The notes below the pieces were generated by a model that saw only the letters and a list, made by a program, of their open reading frames with translations, ran no database searches and was not told where the DNA came from. The position numbers and the translations under genes are program-made. DNA of 63,442 bases, filler included, from Octopus bimaculoides (taxonomy: Eukaryota), in assembly GCF_001194135.2 (NCBI RefSeq). It is 4 parts of 4 records of this genome, joined end to end, with 100 filler letters (N's around TTAATTAATTAA, not from the genome) between each part and the next. Parts side by side here need not be neighbours in the genome. Positions count along the whole stretch, not along the records: positions 53,638 to 59,817 come from NC_068995.1; positions 59,918 to 63,442 come from NC_068984.1; 2 more parts are not named here. One strand, written 5' to 3'. Below are positions 54,232 through 63,442 of the stretch, one piece after another (positions within the stretch are counted from its first letter, which is position 1; each line of letters opens with the position of its first letter).

Positions 54232-55099
54232 CCAAAAGGGGATCTCTACATATCCCATCTTCTATGTAGGCCATAACATTTCTGTTATGATTCCTGATGG
54301 AATTCACTTGACTCGTGTTGTGGCATAATAAACAGGGCATACCTCTCTTGCGGCTGTTTTCCAAGATACAGCGTGCAGAAACTCCAATGTTAGTTTTCTT
54401 AGAGTCAGACGTAGAGATTAATAGTTCTCTTATATATTTATTCTTATTTTTATTTTTATTCCGTCTAAAGGCCACAATAGGCGGCTGCGGAAAAATTTGT
54501 TTGAAACGAGCATATTTTTCCGCAACATGCTGCTAACTTGGGAAAAAAGGAACCTGTGGAAGACTTGAAGAAAGCGGCCTTTTAACGAAAATAATCACAA
54601 AAACGAAATTTAACTGCCATACAAAGCACAGTTTCTCCCATGCACGATGTCTCAGTGAAACTTGTGCGAAATCAACATCGGAAAGTTTACAAATTATAAA
54701 ATATATGTGGAACAAAACAGTTAGCACGTAAATTGATTCATTACGCATACACTCGAATGTCTATACAATCATATATACATTTTAATACCCATAGGACTAC
54801 ACATACACCTCAATATTTACACAACTACATGAAATTTACAGGCACACACGTATATGAAAGCACGTGTCACAAACGAAGCAAAACAAAAGCAAATCAATTT
54901 TCTTCGAACTAACACAGAGTCTAAAGTTTAAAACACCACAAAGAAAATATCCGGCGATAAATCTGTCAACAAAAAAAAATAAAGACGAATACAAATCTGT
55001 TAGCCTTAAGAAGCAACGTTATGAGCATTTTTTTTTTCATTCAGAGAACTCAGAGGCGGTGCTGTCTCAAAACGTTAACCTTAAATAGACAGATCCGTC

Positions 55100-57115
55100 C
55101 CCTACTGTCAACGTCTAAGCTCGTCATGCATCAATGATAACAAAGCAAAATACACACCCAAATGTGCCATCACCCGGTCAACAAGGGCCGCGCACCCCAG
55201 TAAGGAACCAGGCTGGGTGTGAAAGATCAGCTACTGGTTCAAATCTTCTAGAAACACAAGAGCTGGAAGTACCGCAAAGCAGAAATATTCCAATAGATGG
55301 CCATCCACGCTCGTCATCAAATAACCAAAAGAAAAAGAACGGAAAATGGTCAAGAGGAGATAATAAAGAAGTTCTCAGGGCCCCCTATCGTTCCATGTAT
55401 TTCCCCACAAATAAATCTAATACTGAACAAATCTAACCCAAACTGGAGACAGAAGCACCTTGAATTTAGATCCTACATAGACAGTAACAAACTTGCCAAC
55501 GTCAGAAGAAACATTATGAAAAAGAAATTACGAACTGTATTAGAGATTGACCAAATTAAACAGTCAGTTAGAGATAAAAGGAACGAAGTTGCAGCTAAAG
55601 AAGATACAACTGAGGAAATAATTATAGACAAACTCAGGGCTGATGAAAATGCAGTAATGATAGAAATTGTCAATGTAACTGATAAACCAAGTGAAATACT
55701 CTCTAAACCAGCCATAAACACCAAAGCAGATGAAAATCAAATAGATGAAGAAAGTTACACAGAAATTGGCCCAAATGAACTAGATGATGTAAAAAAATCA
55801 AATCATGATTTAATGGCTGAAAATTATTGAAATCAGTACTCTCCCCCCAAAATTCCTAGCTCTAACCAAAACATGAAAGTAATTGGTAAAATCCGCCTTT
55901 AGCTAGTGATGTTGATATTACAGATCTCAATCACCTGTACTATGCATCCGCGAAGATCTCAACGATTCTATGTGGTGAAAAGATTAGAAAACGACAACAT
56001 TCTCACAAAAAGCCAATTTGGCAAGAGCGTATTCAACACCAAATTCAGCTACTAAGGTCTGACATAGAATGTTTAAAAAACCTTAAGTCTGACAAGAATA
56101 TCAAACCAACAAAAATCCGAAAAATAAAGAAAAAGTATAATATGAAAATCATACATGACATCGATACCATCATACAAACTATCAAGCAAAAGGAATCTGC
56201 TAAAGCTTCCCGCATAGCACGGTGTGAACAACACACTAGATTCTTCAAGGACAACATGTTCAGAAATAACCTAAAATGTTTTTCAGGAAGATAGGGAAAA
56301 TACCAGTTACAGTAAAATCTGTCCCGTCAAAACAAGTGCAGGAATTAGGGAATAAAATTTGTGCAGAAGAAAAAACGCACAATAAAAAGGTCCCTTGGAT
56401 TGATAGAATATCAACTGACTTAGACTCCTTAGAAGAGCAACAGTGGGAGGGTATCAAGGTCTGCCTTGATACCCTCCCACTACTCTCAGGAAATAAAGCA
56501 AATGGAAGTCTCCATGAAAGGATAAAATCATTAACTTCTGGTTGAATGCTTTCCCAGAGAGTCATGAACTGCTAACAAAACTTTACAACAACCTAGTATG
56601 ATTCCCTCTTGGCTAGTAAATGGTTTTACACTTCTACTTCCAAAAAAATGAAGAAACAAATGAACCAAAAAGTGGCATCTTCCTTAATGAGCAAAAAGGA
56701 TGCAAACGTGGGTCTTATGGTTATAAAGATCAGCTACTCATCAATAAGATGATCTTAGAAGATTGTCACAAACAACATAAGAAATTGTCGATAGCCTGGA
56801 TAGATTATAAAAAAGTTTTTGATAGTCTGCCATAGAGCTGGATTAAGAAATTCTGGAATTTATAAAATAGCACCTGATCTGCGAAACTTCTTATCTGTAA
56901 GTATGAGATCATGGAGAACCACACTGACTTTGAACAGAGAAAATGAATCTCTCAATGCTGGAGATGTAGGAATTTCATGTGTCATTTTCCAGGGTGACTC
57001 TCTATCACCACTCCTCTATTGTCTAGCTTTAACACTTCTCTCGAAATTGCTCGATGATGTACAATATGGTTGTAAAATGTTTAATAAAAATATAAATCAT
57101 TTTTTTATGTAGATG
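55100..57115 (+). mobile_element. R4/Dong-clade LINE remnant 1: N-terminus to RT motif 5, frameshifted and internally deleted
   Basis: KWSRGDNKEVLR.., [81 protein letters not shown](Y)VD at the junction. Confidence 0.9.
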
Positions 57116-59817
57116 CCCCTATTGCAACCCCTATTTGTTCCACGTAGTTCTCGAGATTTTTGCCCACTGTTCCCAGAGCTCCGACAATTATTGGTACTAC
57201 TGCTATCTTTTTCATCGACCACAACTGCTTAACTTCAAAAGCTAACCTGTCATATCTCTCGACTTTTCTTTCTTCCTTATCGCATACCTTGTTGTCAGCT
57301 GGACATGCTACATCTATAACCCAGCATAGTTTGTTTTCTTTCGCAATTAAGACTATGTCCGGCTTCCTATTCTCTATCTCATGGTCGCACTGAATCATAA
57401 AATCCCATAAGATCTTTGCATTTCTATTTTCGACGATGCCTTCAGGTTTGTGGTCGTACCAATTTTCTTCTCTGTCAAGTCCATACTTGTTGCAAAGTTT
57501 CCAATGGTCAAGCCTGGCTATATTGTCGTGCGTCTCTTATATTCCTTCTGGGCTAGTGACGTACATTGGCTGGTAATATTCCATACGGTTTCACCGTTTT
57601 GTCCACAGATTCTGCACTTACCACTTTCTGCTGCGTTGTCTATTCTGTATTTTATGTAGTTTGTTCTTAGCACTTGCTCTTGGGCAGATTAGAGCCTCTG
57701 ATTCCGGTTTTAAATCACTTTAAGTCATCCACAACCATTTTTCTCTCTGTCTGTCTTATCTTCAACATCGCTATAAAATTGACCATGCATTCTTTTCTTT
57801 ACCCACCTATTTTCAGTTTCATTCGTTTTCAATTGCTTGTACAGTGCTTAATCTTTGCAATCTTTCATCCTGCACAAGCCTGACCTTCTTACTTCTGGTA
57901 ATAGCGGTTCTGTGGCATTTTTTACATACCATGCTATGTTGTTTTCTTCTGCTCTAATGCTGTGTTCACATCCAGTAAGTCCTCTTCCCCCTCTTTTCTT
58001 GGTACATACAGTCTGTCTGTGTCATATTTTGGTTGGAGTGATCCATATCTAGCTAGCAACTTCCTTGTCTTTCTGTCTAAGCTGTTTAGCTCGTCTACTG
58101 TCCATGCGATTACCCCTGCTGCATATCTAAGGAATGAAACCACCCAGGTGTTGATAATTTCGATCTTATTCCGTCCATTAAATTTCGACATAAGGATCAG
58201 TCTCAGTCTGCGCAAGTACTCCATCTTAAATTTTTCTGTTATTTCTTTCTCCATCAATTTATCCATTTCCAAAGTCCCCGAGTACTTATAGCCCGTCTCT
58301 TCTATGTGCTTCATAACCTTCCCCAACGGTATCGTTAGTCCGTCCATACATTTGATTTTGCCTCTCTTCAATACTAACACACCACACTTTCTCAGTACGA
58401 ACTCCATTCTGATATCAGTACTGAAGGTATACACCGTATCAACGAGGGAACTGATTTGGGCTTCATCTTCACCATAAAGTTTGAGGTCATCCATGAATAG
58501 CAAATGGTTGACTTTTTGTTGGCGGTATTTGAATACATACTCAGCTTTTGCTTTCCTCAGAATCAGTGTCAGTGGTATCAAGCACAGTACAAAGATCAGT
58601 GGGGACAGGAAAATGCCCCTCCTAATTTCTATTGTCCCTAAACTTCTTCCGTATGCTGTCAGGTCTGTCCTCCAATTCGCCATATTTTTTCCAAGCAATC
58701 GCTCAACATTCGATGCAATCCCAAACAGGTTCATACACTCCATAATCCAAGAATGTGGGATCATATCGTACGCCTTACGATAGTCGATCTATGACATGGC
58801 TAAGTTACTTTTCCTCCTCTTGCAATCTCTGAGTATAGTTTTATCTTTCAGGAGTTTTATCCTTGGTACCTCTGCACTTACGCTTGCAACCCTTCTACTC
58901 ATGTAGCAGAACTCTATTTTTTTCCGGATGTTCCTACATTGACTCTGCGAGTATTCCAGTCAATAACTTCTACATAAGTGGCAAACAGGATATCGGCCTG
59001 TAATTGTCTACCGTATTACCTTTTTCGATGTTTTTCAGACACAGCACTGTCCTACTCAATGTCAACCACTTTGGTGTTGCTTGGTCGACATTCAACAAGG
59101 TGTTGAGTGGCGCAGCTATTCGTGCATGACATTCACCAAATCTTTTGATCCAGTAGCCTTGAACTCCGTCTGGTCCCGGGGCCTTCCAGTTGCTCATTTT
59201 TTTGCTGATTTCCTTCACTTCCCTAACTGAAATGACTGTGTTTTGGACAGACTACCGTTTGTTTTAGTTCTTGCAACCATTCAGCATTCTTCTTGTGCTC
59301 CTTGTCTTTGCTCTAGATATCACTCCAAAACCTTTGACTTTCAATGTTATCTGGTATCAACTTTTCATCTGTACACTCTCCATTTATTTCTTTATAGAAT
59401 CTCTTCTGATCTACTCTGAATAACCTATTCTGGTGGTAACCCTTCCTTCTTTTGTCGTATCTTACCATCTTTGCTTTCTTTGCAACGAGGCGCTGTTTCA
59501 GTTCCTCCATTACCACTTTCATGCCCTTTCTTTCAATATTATACTTCCTTTTCAGTGCCCTGTATTTTTGTTCGCTTTTAAGCTCCCCTTTCTCTTTTCG
59601 GTCTAAGACAGAAGTTTCCTTCGAGAGAATATCTAACCCTGCCTGTATTCTTCTTTTCCACCATGGGTTTTTTCTTTTGTCACTCCCATTATGTTTCTTT
59701 TTCTTGACATCGACACCCACATTTTCTGCTACTTGCTGCCTTGATCGAATTATTTGTTTCTGTGATGTTGTTTGTTCTGATGTATTTCAGAATTTCATTG
59801 ACATTTTTCGTTTCTTG
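57105..59817 (-). mobile_element. R4/Dong-clade LINE remnant 2: RT, zinc knuckle and restriction-like endonuclease; 3' end missing, 5' end in a gap
   Basis: PWWKRRIQ; KAPGPDGVQGYWIKRF; NYRPISCLP; HLLFMDDLKLY; CRICGQNGETVWNITSQC; RKPDIV..IDVACP..K.ERY..L...VVPIIVGALG. QGDS is deleted in frame (RRGIF-LSPL). Confidence 0.93.
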
Positions 59818-60416
59818 NNNNNNNNNNNNNNNNNNNNNNNNNNNNNNNNNNNNNNNNNNNNTTAATTAATTAANNNNNNNNNNNNNNNNNNNNNNNNNNN
59901 NNNNNNNNNNNNNNNNNTATATATATATAGTTTTATTTGTGTTTGTACTCCACCACTTTACAACAGGTGTTGGCTTGTTCACGCACCTGTAACTTAGTGG
60001 TTCAGCGAAATATTCCAACAGAATTAGTATCAAGCTTCAAGCAAAAAATACGTACCGGCGCCGATTTGTTTGACCATCCTTGTAAGAGGTGTTCCAGCAT
60101 GGCTTCAATCCCAATGGTTGTAATCAAGTAAAAGAAGAAAAGAGTGAATAAAGATAGTATTAGTTCTCATATGCAAGCAAAGGTCATATACACGCAGAAA
60201 AATAGATTGAGAAAACGAAATATTGCGACCAATTAAATGTTTGGAGTTTCAGAAAATGCGAGTTAAAATCATTATTTTGAATGTGTCAATATCGAAACAT
60301 ACTAACATCAAGAGATTTATGTAGGAGAAACTAAACGGTCTATCGTTCTCTCTGTCTCAATGACTCTACCTTTTCCCCTCCCTCTCTATCTTTATCTCCT
60401 CTTTCCGACTCTCTCT

Positions 60417-60456
<40 letters not shown>

Positions 60457-60544
60457 CTTTCTCTCTTTCCCTCACTTGCTCCTCTTTTCTTCTCACTCTT
60501 TCTGTCTCTCCGCTCTTGTTCATTTTCTTTCTCTTTTTCTCCCA

Positions 60545-60593
<49 letters not shown>

Positions 60594-61916
60594 AACTTTC
60601 TGCTTTCTTTTTCTCTGTTTCACTCTCTCTTCTCTTTCTGTGTGTCTCTCTCTTCCCCCCCTCTCTCTCACCTCTGTACTCTCAATTTCCTATTACATTC
60701 CCGTCTTTCCCAATCCCTATTTCTCATTCTCTGACTCTACTCCTCTCCCCCTCTCTCTCTAACTCCTTCTGCTCCTCTCTCAATTTCATATTCCCGCGTC
60801 TCTCCCTCTCCCTCAGCCTGTGCTCTCCTCTCTAAGCTAACTTCACGCTCCTAGCTGTATGCATATAACTGTTGCTTTTTGGAGGAGCTATCATTTTTAG
60901 CCTAAGTGTATCTTCTTTTCTCTTCTATTTGCTGGAGTCACTAGACTTGTTCATGGTATCATGCAACGAATCTGAACCAGGAACCGTGTGGTTGAGAAAC
61001 AAACTTTATATCACTCAGCCACGCCTACGCCTATAGACAACAGTATTACTGGTACTTGTTTAATTGATTACAAATCGAAAAGGAAATTCGATGTATAAGC
61101 ATAAAATTAAATGACGCAATTAATCTAGTGCGTCGTTAAATTACCTCGGCGAACTGTGCTGAACTTTCTCATCTGAAAAACAAGCAACAAATAAACAAGA
61201 ATTTTATATGAAAAAAAAAATAAGGCAAAAAGATATATAAATAACAAAAAAAAAACAGACGAAATCGAAAATAGAAATCTTCGTTTCTCTGTCACGTGTC
61301 TTGTTTGCAATATCTCTCAGCACATGGTGATGAGGTTCTTGGAAAGATAGTATCACGTGACATATGATAGACCTAAACTGATGGCGGTTGAATATTTATC
61401 TATTTTTATCGTTCAATCACATCTTGTTGTTTACATAATCTTCCTCAACTGATCTTAATGAAATATTAATTGGCGATGGGATCTCAAACGTCATCGACCT
61501 CGTTTGCCTTTAATTACAGAAATCTTATATATCTTCTCATGTGAAATCTTTCTGCATAAGATGATGTGTCTTGTTAATGGTTTAATGTCTACTGGTGTAA
61601 AAAAAAGAGAAACAAATAACAAAAACAACAACAACGAATAGGCTCTCATACAATTCTGCACATGTATAATTAGTAGTCATCTTAGACATGTCAGTTTTAT
61701 TCCTACGGTTTGTTATTTTTCTTTTGCCTTTTCTTTTTTTCACAAATTACAAGCTACAATACAAACCACGAAGTCCGGATGTTTGCATGCATGTGTGAAT
61801 GGATACTTATGTAAACATATCTTCATACACACACACACACACACATGGGTAAGCGCATAAATGCAAAACAAGGCGGAAAATATAGTACTCGAATACCGAA
61901 GGTAGAGTAATATGCT

Positions 61917-62042
61917 TTTTTATTAAAGTTGCAGAAACATCACAAAGCTGTTACTCAGAGTTTCACGTCGGACAGTTGTGATCGAAGGGGAACGTGAAAC
62001 TCTGAGTAACAATTTCGTGATGTTTTTGCAGCTTTAATAAAA
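61917..62042. repeat. Short foldback made of two outward-pointing hammerhead 3' halves
   Basis: Arms 61917-61968 and 61992-62042; each carries acgtGAAActctgagTAaca read outward from the centre. Confidence 0.8.
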
Positions 62043-62196
62043 CGTGCATGTATATATANNNNNNNNNNNNNNNNNNNNNNNNNNNNNNNNNNNNNNNNNN
62101 NNNNNNNNNNNNNNNNNNNNNNNNNNNNNNNNNNNNNNNNNNNNNNNNNNNNNNNNNNNNNNNNNNNNNNNNNNNNNNNNNNNNNNNNNACACATA

Positions 62197-62498
62197 TATA
62201 AAGAAAACAGAAAATGAAGAAATATCGATAAACAACAATTGACTTACATCAATTATTATTTATTAATTCAATGCAAATAGACTGCATCCCATCTAACAGT
62301 TGTTTCTGCCATTGATATGCTAGAATATTTATCATATTTGATAGAATGTTTTGGCATCTCAACGGCAATACCATACAACGCTGGCGGCAGAAACAGCTGT
62401 TAGATGGGATGCAGTCTATTTGTATTGAATTAATAAATAATAATTGATGCAAGTCATTTGTTTTTCATTGATATTTCTTCATTTTTTGTCTTCTTTAA
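62197..62498. repeat. Foldback/MITE-like element, ~114-bp arms, 75-nt spacer
   Basis: Arms ~62197-62310 and 62386-62498; the inner ~75 bp match with ~4 substitutions; the left end runs into a gap. Confidence 0.9.
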
Positions 62499-63210
62499 AT
62501 TTTGATTCTCGATAAACTCATGTTTATCCTTGTCTTTACCTATAATTTATGAGCATAATACGCTTGCATATGTATGCCCATATATATATATAGTTCATAG
62601 ATGAGAATCAGGTATTTTCCGTATAGAATACGCTTTGTAGTGCTCAAGAAGTTTAAACTTGAGCGGGCAGTGAAGTAAATGTAAGTATAAGCGAGTTGGG
62701 CAGGTCATTATACAAAGTGTATTAAATATATGAAATACAAAATGTAAGATCACGCCCCTGCAGATGGAGGCTCGTCTTATCCGACGATGGAATCAATCTA
62801 CAAAGATTATTTTGGACCACCGAGCCCCCAGAAATACTTACCTTCAACCCCTTTAATTCTTGGTATCATTTCTATTCTGTGTCAATCGAACCTTTTGTAT
62901 GTACACATATATACAATTTTTGTAATTCATGCATTTAGCATACTCCATATATTGACGTGCCTAACTTGTTTATCCTTGCATTTACTTCTATACATATGCG
63001 TTTGTGTGTGTGTGTGTATACGCGGGTGCGCGCGGGTGCGCGCGGGTGTCTGTGTATATATATATATTTACATTCACATATATGTGCATATATACATATA
63101 TAAACACACTCACACCTGCCCCTTGCTTTCTAATTTGCTATTTCTTCCCCTCTCCATCTCTGTCTGTCTGTCTGTCTGTCTATCTCTGTCTCTCTCTCTC
63201 TCTCTCTCTG

Positions 63211-63263
<53 letters not shown>

Positions 63264-63442
63264 TTCTAAAACATCATCAATTTCAATCTTATATAAAAAA
63301 GCTAGGCAAACATACTATAAACCACTTTTTTATAAATCCGGTAACAAGAAAGCGCTAAAAATGTAAATGAAGATATATATAATCATCCAACATTCTGACT
63401 ACCTTATTATTCTCAACATACAATATCTGTACATCACATCAA

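Overview
AT-rich, microsatellite-dense, gap-riddled animal genomic DNA. The SINE families, (TA)n/(CA)n/(TAT)n load and multi-finger C2H2 gene look like a coleoid cephalopod (Octopus-type) draft assembly; this is an inference. The only confidently intact protein-coding sequence is a single-exon 18-finger C2H2 zinc-finger ORF (13501-15378, minus strand). The rest is mostly decayed mobile DNA: several tRNA-derived SINE families, a CR1-group LINE remnant, two R4/Dong-clade LINE remnants joined tail to tail, Penelope-like (GIY-YIG/RT) fragments, Tc1/mariner, pogo-type and piggyBac-type MITEs, and foldback elements. The most striking signal is absent from the ORF track: a series of minimal type I hammerhead ribozyme motifs. 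Three are near-canonical (1435-1473, 3733-3777, 7466-7508), one has a single G12A substitution (50962-51013), and several are decayed (16612-16649, 22499-22542, 61948-62012). They sit in Penelope-like tails, in approximately 300-370 nt direct-repeat-bounded retrozyme-like units, and in the loop of a 336-bp, approximately 95% identical inverted repeat. All structures were folded by eye and none was computed or searched. Repeat boundaries are approximate (tens of bp) unless terminal repeats or target duplications are quoted. Assembly artefacts are also present: an Illumina adapter, TTAATTAATTAA gap linkers and a probably duplicated contig end.
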